Source: Octopus vulgaris
Taxonomy: Eukaryota
Direction of reading: 5' to 3'
DNA: 64,000 bases
Assembly: GCA_951406725.2 (NCBI GenBank)
Contig: OX597814.1
Span: forward strand, 17,422,001-17,486,000
The position numbers and the translations under genes are program-made. Under the pieces are notes generated by a model, which saw nothing but the letters and a program-made list of their open reading frames with translations, did not search any database and was not told the origin of the DNA. This document shows, one piece after another, positions 25,939-40,027 of this stretch (the stretch's first letter is position 1; every line of letters begins with the position of its first letter).

Positions 25939-25939
<1 letters not shown>
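25555..25939 (+). mobile_element. Non-autonomous Helitron-like element
   Basis: Subterminal GC hairpin CCGAGCAACGCCGGG then CTAG|T; homologous to 46561-46801. Confidence 0.7.
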
Positions 25940-25992
<53 letters not shown>

Positions 25993-26180
25993 AAAAAGTA
26001 GAAAATATATACAAACTGGGACAAGAACGTGAAACACCTAGAAGACGACACAAGAACCACAGGACGGGACATTCGAAGCCCTCAGTCATCAGTCAAGAAC
26101 CGGATCATCTTCGCAATTTCGGCTGATATATATATATATATAAAGAAAACAAATCCGAGCAGCGCCTGGTGATACTGCTA

Positions 26181-26229
<49 letters not shown>

Positions 26230-26273
26230 TATATACACTAGCAGTATCATCCGGCGTTGCTCGGATTTGTTTT

Positions 26274-26307
<34 letters not shown>

Positions 26308-26724
26308 GGGCGTAAGTTATCGTTTCAAATTATATTTGTATGTGCAAATGTGTAGATAAATAATTTACAAGCACGCGCAAACACACACATACATATGTAG
26401 GATGGAAGTGGCAAAGTGGCAGGGAAAATAGCGAGAAAAGAGAAGAGAAAAGGGTAAATAGAAAAAAAAATTCAAGGTAATTCGCGCACGAACACATATA
26501 CAAATATACCTGTATGTGTGTGTTCGTGTGTCTATGTAAGTATATTATATTCATGCATATATATCATTTGTAAATAAATTTATATGAATATTGTATACAT
26601 ATATATATATACTCATACATACATGCATACATGCATACATACATGCATGCATACATACATACATACATACATACATACATACATACATACATACATACAT
26701 ACATACATACATACATACATACAT

Positions 26725-27185
26725 TCGAAAGTGGTAGAGGCCTGAGATAAGTGCAGACGGCCTTCGAATGCCGTATGGTATCACTCCGGTAGCACCTGCA
26801 AAACAACAGCAGCAAAAATAAATATATAAATGCAGTCCTGAAAGGTGAAGTGAGTAACATCATATGAGTTGGCAGTGAACTCCTCAAGAAAGAGTCTCTT
26901 TCTAATGATCTTCTATACAGCCCCAAAACAGGTGGGCTCTCTTTCTTAAGAGAAGACCTGGATGGAAAGCGCTCAGGATACAAAAAAAAATAAAGAAAGA
27001 AAAAAGACCATACATGGGTAATGTTGTCCGGAAGCTTGAAGAATACAGTAGAATTGACACGAAATGCCAGACTCTCTTGGACAGAAGACAACTACATCAC
27101 ATCTCACTTTGAAGGCTATGCGTTTGCGATCCAGGAACAGGTGATTGCCACAAGTACCTTGTGAACAAGAGTCAGTGACGCTCAT

Positions 27186-27186
<1 letters not shown>
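26725..27186 (+). mobile_element. R4/Dong-like internal fragment
   Basis: LSWTEDNYITSHFEGYAFAIQEQVIATKY resembles the pre-zinc-knuckle region of R4-clade ORFs; abuts (TAA)n. Confidence 0.55.
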
Positions 27187-27246
<60 letters not shown>

Positions 27247-27298
27247 CAATAATAATAATGTTAATAATAATAATAATAATAATAATAACAACAACAAC

Positions 27299-27333
<35 letters not shown>

Positions 27334-27366
27334 CAACAATAATAATAATAATAATAATAATAATAG

Positions 27367-27397
<31 letters not shown>

Positions 27398-27457
27398 GAT
27401 AATAATAATAATAGTAATAATAATAATAATAATAATAACAATAACAACAACAACAAC

Positions 27458-27507
<50 letters not shown>

Positions 27508-27515
27508 TAATAATG
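27187..27515. repeat. (TAA/CAA)n microsatellite
   Basis: Seen directly. Confidence 0.95.
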
Positions 27516-27587
27516 ATTTCTTTATTAACCAAAAGGGTTTACAGTAAGTAAAACATTATGGACAGCACAGAACAAAACAAAGAATGG

Positions 27588-27635
<48 letters not shown>

Positions 27636-28215
27636 GAGTATGTGTTGTGAGGGTTTTGAGGGTAAACAAGACTAACAAAATATTTTTAAATCAATAATAT
27701 ATGATCCTGGATAGGGAGGAGATGTTTGAGAACTGGTAAGGGACAAAACCCATAAAAAAACCATGGTTACCCTGACTTTTGGGGCAGGTGCCGTTTTTCC
27801 TTTCCTTTTTTTTCAGATAGAGGCGTATGCTCAGGGCATGCCCGTTCACTCGCACCATCCTTGCCACTGTCATCTACCTTTCGGCAAACTGGCTAGAAGA
27901 CAACATTTCCCTCTCTACTCTTATTTTCCTTTTCAAGTGAAACTTGAAGAAGTTGATCAGGGATTGGCCAAAGAAAAAGGTGCTTGTCTTCAGCCCCTTC
28001 GGTATTCTCCGCCATACAACTTCTTTCCTCATGACCACCAGGCATATCAACACAGCCCTTCCTTCCAGGTTAAAGGAAGGCGGCGGGGTAATCTCCACGA
28101 TGAATTCAGTTGATCCGTCCCTCATGCGAGAATAGGTGTTCGACATAAACCCACTGGTCTGTAATGCTCGGGTATTGGACAACTGCATGCAAGACCGTCT
28201 CATCGTCCTGTGCAC
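27515..28215 (-). mobile_element. Tx1-like LINE 3' fragment
   Basis: EITPPPSFNLEGRAVLICLVVMRKEVVWRRI..GQSLINFFKFHLKRKIRVEREML. Confidence 0.8.
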
Positions 28216-28435
28216 ATGGTTTTAAATTTTGTCGCACGGGCAGCAATTTTGAGGAAGGGGATGAGTCGATTGCATCGACCCCAGTATTAAACTGGTAGTT
28301 ATTCTATCGATCCCGATAGAATGAAAGATAAATCGACTTCGGTCGAATTTGAACTCAGAGCATAAAGACAGACGAAATACTGCTAAGCATATCGACCGAC
28401 CGGCATGCTAACGATTCTACCAGCCCACCGCCTCA
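28216..28435 (-). mobile_element. SINE family C (diverged)
   Basis: Homology to GGCGGCGAGCTGGCAGAATCGTTAGC..GAGTTCAAATTC..TGGGGTCGAT. Confidence 0.75.
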
Positions 28436-28502
28436 ATAATAATAATAATTATTATTATTATTATTATTATTATTATCGTTATTATCATTATTATTGTTGT
28501 TA

Positions 28503-28567
<65 letters not shown>

Positions 28568-29538
28568 ATTATCATTATTATTATTATTATTATTATTGTT
28601 ATTATCATTATTATTATTATTATTATTATTTTTATTATCATTATTATTGTTATTATTATTATTATTATCATTATTATTATTATTATTAATCACATAAAAT
28701 ATTAAAATAACATATAAATACTCTAGTATTTATAATGGACAGCTTCCGAATAAGTTGCTACTCGTTAAGTAATCTTTGTTAAGAGAAAACAGAAAGATTT
28801 AGCAATTACTACGGAATATAAAAACAATAAAAAAGCTGTCTAGATGATTATATAAATATCCTGAGCTTAGGCCTTTTTCTCAGAATAGTCTTCTGTCGAA
28901 ATGATTACACTTTGTTCTATGCTGCCCAGATTATTCAAATCACGACCAAAGAAACAATATAATTACGATAATGGTTCGAACTGTTTCAGAATATATCCTC
29001 TCACTAAAACAAAAAAATAATTCACAAGAGAATAAAACATTTCAAAGAATAATTTATGTGATGATATAGCTTATTCGAGCAAGACCTACAAGCATCTGAT
29101 CACATTTTGTATTAAGACGCTTGGATTTGAAAAAAGAAATTCCCCATCTCAAAGTTATATATGTTGTTCTTTAGGTGAGGTTGTTAGTTTCGAAATGTAT
29201 ATTTTATTTACATATTTCTATTTGATGCTATATTTATATATTTTTTTTTTTATTCGCTTTTGTATTTCTCATTGCATTTTAATTTCATTTCTCTAATGCA
29301 TCAAATGTTATATCTCTGAGTAGATAAATACTTAAGTCGTGGGTTCAAAATTGCACTGGGCTTTCACTGCCGCTCCTGGATATGATATGTTGTTTTATTA
29401 TCTTTTAATTGTTTCAGTCAATAGGCTACGGTCATGGTGGGGCATGGTCTTGAAAAAATTCTGTCGAATGAATAGACCCCAGTACTTATTTTTTTAAAGC
29501 CTGGTATTCTTCCTTCGCTTTCATTTGCCGAACCACTA

Positions 29539-29860
29539 GGTTACAGGGACGTAAACACACCGACACCTAATGTCAAGTGATACTGAGGAACACACACACA
29601 CGTATGTGTGTGTGTGTGTGTGGAGGCTCGTGGCTTAGTGGTTAGGGTGTCAGCACCATGATCGTAAGATTGTGGTTTCGATTCCTGGGCCGGGGGACGC
29701 GTTGTATTCTTGAACAAAACACTTCATTTCACGTTGCTGGCAAAAATGAGTAACGCTGCGATGGTCTTGCGTCCTGTCCAGCTGGGGAACACATACGCCA
29801 TAGAAACCGGGAAACCGGGCCCATGAGCCTGGCTAGGCTTGAAAAGGGCGCATTTATATA

Positions 29861-29905
<45 letters not shown>

Positions 29906-30182
29906 GACGGTCTTCTTGCAGTTTCTGTCTACCTAATTCACTTACAAGACCCGAAGCTATAGTAGAAAATACTCGTCTAAGGTACCATGTAGTGGGACTG
30001 TACCCGGGACCATGTGGTTGGGATGCAATGTTCTTACCACATGGTCCCGGGTACAGTCCCACTGCATGGTACCTTAGACGAGTATTTTCTACTATAGCTT
30101 CGGGTCTTGTAAGTGAATTAGGTAGACAGAAACTGCAAGAAGACCGTCGTGTGTGTGTGTGTGTGTGTATGTATATATATAT

Positions 30183-30229
<47 letters not shown>

Positions 30230-30534
30230 TATAAATGCGCCCTTTTCAAGCCTAGCCAGGCTCATGGGCCGGTTTCCCGGTTTCTATGGCGTATGTGTTC
30301 CCCAGCTGGACGAGACGCAAGACCATCGCAGCGTTACTCATTTTTGCCAGCAACGTGAAATGAAGTGTTTTGTTCAAGAATACAACGCGTCCCCCGGCCA
30401 AGGAATCGAAACCACAATCTTACGATCATGGTGCTGACATCCTAACCACTAAGCCACGAACCTCCACACACACACACACATACACACACATATCACTTGA
30501 CATTAGGTGTTGGTGTGTTTACGTCCCTGTAACC
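29539..30534. repeat. Long fold-back palindrome (~480-bp arms, 17-nt spacer) built from SINE A with a nested group-B SINE
   Basis: Arms are reverse complements with few substitutions; spacer 30019-30035. Confidence 0.92.
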
Positions 30535-31131
30535 GTGTGGCCGTATCCAAATACTGATTCTTGTCCAAACGTACCAATTGTGGTTTTACGTCACTGGAAT
30601 ATTGAAATATGAAATGAAAATGACACATTAAAACCATTCCTTAACTTGGAAGAAAATAGTAACCAGATGCATGGGAATGAACAGAGATTAAAGCTTTAGA
30701 TGACTGATGTTACCTTCATTTGTTCTGCGATTGTTTGCAAATATATATTCATAAACATTGTTAATTGCTATCATTTTTATGATTACTATTGTCCAGTGGG
30801 ATTAATTTGTTGAAATAAATTCACTTAGTGTCACAAGTAGTGATACTGACGTTGTGGTCACGAGCACTTCGCCCGGATTTAGAGACTTGGGTGTTGAAAT
30901 AATAGCCATAGAAAAAACGGTGCTAATATCTGTGAGTTTGATTATGTTCCTATGCCCTTGGCAGATGAGAAGTCGAATGTTGTAGGGCTGTCTTAGGTTT
31001 GGGTGACAAAAGCTTCTTTAACACCTGTTGTCATGCTCTTAACCCGGAGAGAATAAAACTAAACCATAAGTACATGATAGGAAATGGGGTGCAACTGAAA
31101 AGCCGTTTACTTGTTCCTACTTTTCTTTAGC

Positions 31132-31427
31132 GTGGAGGTATATGGCCTAGTGGTTAGAGCAGCGGACTCCCGGTCGAGGGATCGCGGGTTCGAATCTCAG
31201 ACCGGGCGATGTGTGTGTTCATGAGCGAAACACCTGAACTCCACGCGACTCCAGCAGAAAGTAATGGCAAACTTCTGCTGACTCTTTCGCCACAAATTTC
31301 TCTCACTCTTTCCGCTTACATCTTGCAGTTCACCTGCGACGGGCCGGCGTCCTGTCCAGGTGAGGAACCTATACGCCAAGGAAACCGGGAAACCGGCCCT
31401 TATGACCCAGGCATGGCTTCAGAAGGA
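31132..31427 (+). mobile_element. tRNA-derived SINE (alternative body plus V-domain-like tail)
   Basis: A-box TGGCCTAGTGG, B-box GGTTCGAATC; 13-bp TSD ACTTTTCTTTAGC. Confidence 0.88.
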
Positions 31428-31809
31428 ACTTTTCTTTAGCATTACACGGATTTTCTGAGACGAGATAGACTCGGTTAGATACTTTTAAAAGAAGTGATTC
31501 TAATTTTCAACACCCTTCAGCAACGAATTAATCTCCTGCCGCTTCACAGAAAAGCAAAAGGATACGATACGTTTGACAAAGTAAAATTGGTGAAGTCATG
31601 CTTGGAGAATTTACAAGTAAATTTCAATAAACATATTGCTATTTGTAATGAGAGGGACTATTAAAGCTGTTGGAATTACATCTTTGAAAACTTTTTAGAA
31701 CATCTATTAGAAAATCACCAGATTATACACCGTGAGTCGTTGTGTAGGTAAATTTTTAACCTGCAGCATGCTGTGTTAGTGCATGTGAAATGAATGAATA
31801 AAATCCAAC

Positions 31810-32369
31810 CAAAAGGGTTTTAGGGTTAGGGTTAGGGTTTTAGGGTTAAGGTTATAGTTTTAGAGTTAAGGTTAGGGTTTTAGGGTTAGAGTTACGTGAA
31901 AAAGTGAAAAATGAAAAAGTTGGAGGGGGAGGGGGAGGGAGCAAAAATACCTTTCCGAAAATAGTAGCTGAAAAACAGGAAAAAAAAACTAAAAGCAGCC
32001 GAAATGCACGAACGATTACGGTGGTGCCCTGAAGTAAACATGGCTCAGATACACTCATTTATTCATACAAACATAACTGAGATGAAATATGTCATAAATA
32101 ACAGTGACAAACGAAATATACACCGCCGGAAGTTGTTGTTGTCAAACAACGGCAGTAATTTTATTCATCTGAATACGTGTCATTGATTGGTTGAAATTAC
32201 TGAAATACGACAACTTTAACACGAAATAACTTCGTAAATAGAAACTTTTCTCAAAAACGCTAAGAGTAAACGATGTTGTATATGACACATTCTACCAGTG
32301 TCCGAAGTTTGAAAGTGTTTAGTTACAAAAAATAAATTTATCGATCTGCCGTTCAAAGGGTAAAGATCC
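31810..32369. mobile_element. TTAGGG-bearing MITE-like element (partial)
   Basis: Degenerate (TTAGGG)n at 31815-31890; right end CTGCCGTTCAAAGGGTAAAGATCC related to the 37687 TIR. Confidence 0.65.
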
Positions 32370-33147
32370 GAATTTAGAAATGTATAGACTAGTTTTGTAA
32401 ATATTGTGGAAAGTTAGCATACTATTTACAATTTTGTAAAAGCACAAAAATTAGCCTCATTTCTATGTGATGTAAATTGGGTATTAGATTTAGTATTTTT
32501 AGACGAAGTAATTATCCATGTCCCCTAACACAAATTTAAAACTATAGGAAGAAAACCAGTTAAGCTTCGTAAATGATACAAATGCATGCACTATAAAATT
32601 AAAATTATTCCTCTTTTATCTGTTATTAAAGCAGTTTCCGCATTTTAGAAAGAGTAGGGTGAATGCTTTGAAGTCAATGGAAATTTTATAAAATATGAAA
32701 AATATCAACAGGTTTTGCAAAAGAAGCCTGTGTGCTCAAATTTATAAACTTATTTTGACTTAACGATAAAAAATAAAATCAATAAAATGCCTAGTAACAC
32801 ACTCACACACACACACACACACACACGTTTGTATGTGTACAGATCTTACTGATTTTAAAACAAACACATTATTCACATGAAAATTTGATGAGCATCCCTC
32901 AGTTTCAAATGCACTGAAAATACCTCATTTATGACCATCATTAACCTGTGAACATTGTTTAGAGCTAAGAAAAATTTTCCACTTATATTCATTTCTTTCG
33001 AAAAGAAGTAATCATGTAACAAATAATTTTAATCCATGAAAAGCATAAAACGTCAACAGATAAAATATCTGAAAACCTCTCTAATGTTCTCTGTAACTAA
33101 TTTACCACCATTTATCAAAAGTTGGTGTTATTATTAAAGCAGAATCG

Positions 33148-33584
33148 AAATGTTTTCGGTTTGAACGCCAGTTTTTTCTAGCGGTGTCATATGAAATTGT
33201 CACTCATAATTATGACCCTAGTATCGATCTATTGCATTTCAATCTATTTTAGGGTTAGGGTTAGTTAGGGTTAGGGTTAGGGTTAGGGGTGGGGGAAGGG
33301 TACCTTTTTTTCTTCACAAATGTAAATAAACCCAATCTGTTTCTTAAACGAGGGACATATTCATACGGCACAGAATGTTTTTTACCTCAATGGACGTCAG
33401 TGATTGGTTAAAATTGCAGAAATTGAAGAAAATAACAACAAATATCTTACAAACTATAGAATTTTCTCAATAAAGCCAAGAGAAAAAGATGTTTTATAAA
33501 CACATTCTACCAGTATACGAAGTTTAAAATTTTTTAGTTACCTAGAAATGATGTTAAAAACTGCCGTTCAAACCGAAAAGATCC
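33148..33584. mobile_element. TTAGGG-bearing MITE
   Basis: TIRs TTTTCGGTTTGAACG / CGTTCAAACCGAAAAGATCC; inverted near-copy of 37687-38101. Confidence 0.85.
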
Positions 33585-34405
33585 CTTTACTGTTCTCTGA
33601 AACTAATTTACCACAATTTATCAAAAGTTCGTGTTATTAAAGCATTCATATATGCACTTGAAACAACCATAGATTTAAAACACTGGTGAATATATCATTT
33701 GATAATCTATATACAAACGTGGAACGGCATTAGCTGAAATATTTTGATTCAGAGAATCTTCTCAAGGAATTTTGTCGCTCAGAATGAAATGGGGCCACCA
33801 AATACAATGCATCGCCTTGATACATTGATACATTACGGCAGTTGACGTTCCACGTTCGAATACACACAAATGTTATAGACAGCGGTAATTTCAAATTGTC
33901 TACTTGAAGTAATTAGCATTTATATTGCTTCCTTTTCTAAAGGAAGTAATTATATCGTACATACATTTTAGATATATCTATATGAACATATTTTGTATAA
34001 AAGTTGAATAGGGGTACAAGACACTGTGGCGCATCTGAACACATACGTAGAACAAAGATGGAGCATGGAATGTAAAATGGTTGCCAATTCTGTTTAAAAC
34101 AAATTATGCACCTCAAACAAAAACAATAGACTTTACAAATTTAGAAATTACAAATTACATTAATTTGATATGCATTTCACGTGTTATATAAACACAGGGC
34201 ATTGATTTGACACATGTTTATAGAAATCTTTCCTTTATATTCTCTTAATTGGTTTTTGTTATTGATTTTCGTTACTGTTTTTCCGTTGCTATTTTTTTTT
34301 TCATATACATTTTGCTGCTGAAAAAGTGTACTTAGCATCTGCAATATGTCATTGATAAAACTAAGAATAACGGAAATATAATGCAAGAATTACCACTTCT
34401 ACAAC

Positions 34406-34526
<121 letters not shown>

Positions 34527-34704
34527 CATTATTATTATTATTATTATTATTATTGTTAGGCATTCACTAGTACAACACTAAGTACAAAACCAAATATATG
34601 GAACCCTAGGCATAACACCAACATGAACTTCAAGCTTGTCTCTTGAGGTCTCTGGGTGAGACTTGGTGCCAGCTTGTGCAAATGTAAAGCAAATGTCAAA
34701 CATA

Positions 34705-34784
<80 letters not shown>

Positions 34785-36530
34785 TTTTCATTATTAACGA
34801 CTAAGTGTCCGCGTAAAAAAAACATTGGGGACGCTACAGGATAATAGATATACAAATAAAGTGGAATTAAGACGTGTAAACAAAAGAATAACAATAAATA
34901 AAATTCTAACACTTATGTTACCCTAATCTCTAGAAAGCGTGTCACCAGCCCTTCATCTACTCTTGATTTTAGAGGTGCATACGTGGAGTAGGCCCGTTTA
35001 CTCGAGCCATTCACATTACATTCATTCACATTTTAACTGAATTGCTGGGAGGCAGCATTTCCTTCTCTACACTGAGTTTCCTTTTCAAGTGAAAGTTAAA
35101 ATTTGATGAAGACTTGATCAAAGAGAAAATCCACTGTCTTCAGCCCTTCCAAGATGTTCCTCCACACAGCTCTTTTCGCTAAGGCCACCAGACAAAAAAC
35201 ACTACTTGCACTTCCCGGTCAAATGAAGGTGGCACGACAGTCTTTACGGTGGATTCAGCCGATAGTTGGATCCGTCCTATATGCAACAACAGTAGTTCGA
35301 AATGAACCCACAAATCCTGTGGCACTGGTCGAGAACGTGCAGAACAGTTTCGTGGCTTTGTGCGCATCTCGGGCAAGCTCGCATGACAACACTTCCATGC
35401 CCGTAGACTTCTATCCCGAACCGGCAACGGTCCCTGGTAGCACTGCCAGGCCAAGGATTTCTGGAAGCTATTCAAAAGATCCGGCCCGAAAGTCCTCCGG
35501 AACAGACCAGCCAGCTGATACTCATCGAAGGCCAGGGTCTCCCCGAGAATGTCGTCGCACTTACCCGCCACTAAACTTCTATACAATGCAAGAGAGAATC
35601 TTCCACCAACCGCATTGCCTGACTGACAGAGGATTGTGAGCGTCTAACGACACTCTAGAAACCAGGCGCCCTGTCTCGGTCTATGTTTTATCTAGGACTG
35701 TAGCTCAGTCAAAGAGAGGAGCTGTGAAAAGAAAGCGCTGGAGATGTCACAGACTCAGGGTATTTCTGTGCATCAGTAGTCACAGCAAGTCCAGTCTTCC
35801 ATTCAACGGGTGTTGACAACAAATAGAGCATCTGACCAGTGGAATGGGTCCTCTCCACAGAAAGCGGAAGAGTATAAGCTCCAGTTTGGTCGGACGTCCA
35901 CTAAGGCAAGGCATGGCAGTCAAGCGGTAATATATGGCGGTTGCAATGTAATCATTCCCCACTAATACCCGACCATTCAGAAATAGCATTCTCTCGCCCT
36001 ATTTTTAGGTGAAGTTGGCCACCCTGCTTGCCACCTCATCCCAGTTCTTCGCCAATTGGAGATGTAGACCAAACCAGAACCTGAGCAATTTTACCGATCC
36101 CTTTGCCCAGCTTCCCACGACGTTATTGGATGGCATGGATCTGTCTCTGCAGATACCGAACTGCCGGCCCACTGACTTTTTTTGGTTAATTTTTGCTCTT
36201 GTCACGTCTCGTATTCTTTTAGAGCAGTACCGACCAGATCTGTGTGCCTGGTATTCGACACTATGACACCGTTCATACACGTCCTAGTTCGCGCGGGATG
36301 ATTCTCAACGCCTACAATTACCACGGCGGTGGCTCTAGAACCAGTAAATACGGAAGATACGAAAGCAGACACCCTTAACAGACCAAGCGCATGATGTTGA
36401 ATGGTTCCGATAGGTCAGCATTCACTCGAACTACGGAGTAGATGTCACTGTACATTGCAGTGAACCACCCACGGAAAACGGGACCGAAACCAGCCACCGT
36501 GGGACCGGCCGACAAGTATTGGTGGTCGAG
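34785..36530 (-). mobile_element. Decayed Tx1/L1-clade LINE (RT to 3' end)
   Basis: GFGPVFRGW..MYSDIYSVVRVN..LSEPFNIM and YYRLT..LFRFLWRG match 55400-55860; 3' end abuts (TAA)n. Confidence 0.8.
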
Positions 36531-36814
36531 CCTTTTACTTCCAGCTACTTATAGTTTGGTGCCCCAGATTGGTTAAAAACAGTTTTCAATTTGTTTTTTT
36601 TCTTTTTTGTGTGGGTGTGTATTAGAGCGGGGGACACTTTTCTTTACTTCAGCCCTAAACTGTTACTATGTGTCCACCTGGACCAGTCACGGTGTGCTTA
36701 AGGATATTTATTGTTCTTCCAATTACGGTTAGGAAATGCTTGCCCTTTTTCCAAATCTCCCAGCAATAGAGAAATTGATTCATGCATTCGAACTGCCGAA
36801 ACGAAACTTTCTCT

Positions 36815-37206
36815 CTCTTTTACTCTTTTACTTGTTTCAGTCATTTGACTGTGGCCATGCTGGAGCACCACCTTTTAATCGAGCAACTCGACCCCAGGAC
36901 TTATACTTTTGCCGAACCGCTAAATGACGGGGACATAAATACACCAGCATCGGTTGTCAAGCAATGCTAGGGGGGACAAACACAGACACACACACACATA
37001 CACATACATATATATACATATATACGACGGGCTTCTTTCAGTTTCCGTCTACCAAATCCACTCACAAGGCTTTAGTCAGCCCGAGGCTATAGTAGAAGAC
37101 ACTCGCCCAAGTTGCCACGTAGTGGGACCGAACCCAGAACCATATGGTTGGTAAACAAGCTACTTACCACACAGCCACTCCTGCGCCTAAGGCCACTCCT
37201 GCGCCT
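36815..37206 (-). mobile_element. SINE family A with a duplicated 5' terminus
   Basis: Homology; GCCACTCCTGCGCCTA occurs twice at the end. Confidence 0.88.
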
Positions 37207-37686
37207 ATTAACAATTTGTTTGTTAGCCATGATAAAACCGTTCTAAATAACGTTAATGCCAGTGGCAATGACAATGACGGCGGAGGTAGTGGTGGTAGCT
37301 ATGTTCTATTCTGATTATCAATGGTATTGCAAATGTTGTTTATTGAATTATTTTTTAATTTTGTCTTCGTTATCATTGTTGAGGTTGTTGTTGCCGTCAC
37401 CTCATTGTTTTGCAGTAGTTATGGTGGGTGTGATGTTATCAAATACACCGTCCAGTTCTTTCGTTTTTGCTGCCTTGTGGTCACAGTTGTTGCTCTTTTT
37501 TCTAACGCTTCTACTAGTTGTGGTGGTTTGGTGGTTGTGGTAGTTCTTTGACGTAAGATTAGGAAGGCATCGACAAAACTGCTGCCCCAAACACGACTTA
37601 TCTCCCTCCAGTATTCTAACGAACATTTCGTTGACATGTTTTAAGTTGTTTTTTTTTTAAGTTAAATATTAGAAGAAAAAAAACTT

Positions 37687-38101
37687 GGATCTTTTCGGTT
37701 TGAACGGCAGTTTTTAACATAATTTCTAGGTAACTAAAAAAATTTAAACTTCGTATACTGGTAGAATGTGTTTATAAAACCTCTTTTTCTCTTGGCTTTA
37801 TTGAGAAAATTCTATAGTTTGTAAGATATTTGTTGTTATTTTCTTCAATTTCTGCAATTTCAACCAATCACTGACGTCCATTGAGGTAAAAAACATTTTG
37901 TGCCGTATGAATATGTCCCTCGTTTAAGAAACAGATTGGGTTTATTTACATTTGAGAAGAAAAAAAGATGCCCTTCCTCCACCCCTAACCCTAACCCTAA
38001 AATAGATTGAAATGCAATAGATCGATACTAGGGTCATAATTATGGGTGACAATTTCATATGACACTGCTAGAAAAATCTGGCGTTCAAACCGAAAAGATC
38101 C
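37687..38101. mobile_element. Complete TTAGGG-bearing MITE with 8-bp TSD
   Basis: TIR GGATCTTTTCGGTTTGAACG / CGTTCAAACCGAAAAGATCC; AAAAACTT on both flanks. Confidence 0.88.
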
Positions 38102-38989
38102 AAAAACTTTTGTAAAAGTCTACTGTAAGACGGAATAAAACAAAAGCTATGCAACGTGCCGGGGCGGCAGAGGTGCAGGATAGCCACAAACTTACAATTC
38201 GGTCTTTGGTGGAACATGATGAGCATATACTGCCCGATCCCCAGTAGATTGCAGAGGATGTATGATGGATAAAATTAAAAGGACTAAAGGCGGACATCAT
38301 CGCCTTTGGCCAAACTTTCATCAACTCTTCCACTATTAATAAAACGAAACTTACCAGTTCCTCAGATCCACAGGCAGTTTGCAGCAACACAAAGCACAAA
38401 TGTATTAGACATAGACTATTAAACAGTACTTACGAACAATTTGAAGTAGCATCGTATATAAATTCCTCAATGAATCAGTTGAACTATGCTCCATTCACAT
38501 TTTACAATATGAATCCATTGTCTGAACATCTTCTCTTCTTTCTTTCTTTTCAAAAAAATTCTGTTTTGTTTAACCTTTTCTTTACATTTTGATATATCTA
38601 TTCAATGAAAGTGGATAGCTTTACTTATGAATATCGGAGTTCACATGAATGTCACATGTTTTGAGAGTATTTCACTCTAGGTTGCTTTATATGTGTTGCG
38701 TAAGCTTTTTGTTCTTTTCTTTTATTCACATCTGTATTAGCTTCTGTCTGCACCAGATTAATTCAAAATGCGTTCAAACGTACTTTTCAATCTTTTATTT
38801 ATTGTATGTCTATTTTTCAACTAATTTGTTCAATTTTTACAACCAATAAAAGCTAGATGAAAGGCAGAATTTACATGAATGAGACAGTTAATGATTGAAG
38901 CAGTTTGCAAAATATGTGAATGTGAGAGGAAGGGAGAGAGAAGAGAAGGAAATATAGTGAATATATCAAACGACTGATGAATATTTTCC

Positions 38990-39360
38990 CTGCAAGCGTG
39001 GTTGAGTGGTGAGCGGCTTTCTTCCCAACATGGTTTCCATTTCAGTCCCACTGCATGGCAGCTTGAGAAAGTCTCTTCTCTAGCTCCGGGGTGACAAAAG
39101 CCTTCTGAGTGGATTTTGTAAATGGAAACTGAAAGAATCCCGTCGTATATACAAGTGTGTATGTATGTGTTTTTGTAACATTGTGTATGTTTGTCCACTT
39201 CCACCGCTTGGCAACCGATGCTGGTTTGTTTTTGTCGCCGTAACTTAGCAGTTCGGCATGGAAACCGATAGAATGAGCACTAGATGCTAGGGTCGATTCA
39301 AACAACTAAAAACCTTTCAAAGCGATGCCCTAGCATAGCCGCATTTCAAGAAGAGATACA
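38990..39360 (+). mobile_element. SINE family A-related, old copy
   Basis: Homology. Confidence 0.7.
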
Positions 39361-40027
39361 GAAAGAAAATGATACCAACGGTTCCCAACCTGTAATCCGT
39401 GGAACCTGGATTTACGGAAATGGTCCAATGTGTTTTAGACTTATTGTTCTTCCAAGATGTTCAGTTATTGACCTGAGCTTAAGAATAAAAGAGGACACAA
39501 AACTAGCCACATTTCAAAATTTATAGGGACACCCGTTTGTGCAGCATGTGTGCTAGGCTCTAAGTGTTTGACGCTGTTAAATTGGCAACGAGCAAAAAGA
39601 AAATCAAATTATTAGTGACCAGAAACAGAGTAAGTTTTACATGAAAGTACATATTTCCCATGTACATTTATATGCAGATATAAATACACATATATTGACA
39701 TTCATATATACATAGTCATTGATTTGTCTGAGTTTATCCGCCGTTTGACACCGCATAAAAACTCATAATTAACATGAATCTATAGTGTCCAATTTAAGGC
39801 CCAACTTTTAAAAAAAGAAAAAAACCAAGGAAATAAAGCACAGAAATATTCCACGTTGCAAGTAACGTTCTCCATGCTATCATTACTGAAGGATTTCTCA
39901 GCGTTTTACTCTGTCTCTCATCAGTTAGCATATCGAAAATTAGTATTCACCTGGGTGGGGAGAACTACGATTTGCCACTCCTTAGATGGTCCATTGAACA
40001 AGCAGAAAATCAGAGAAGAGTTTCAAG

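Noticed and set aside
31815-31890. True telomere or chromosome fusion site
   Set aside because: Short degenerate TTAGGG tracts internal to a repeated MITE family
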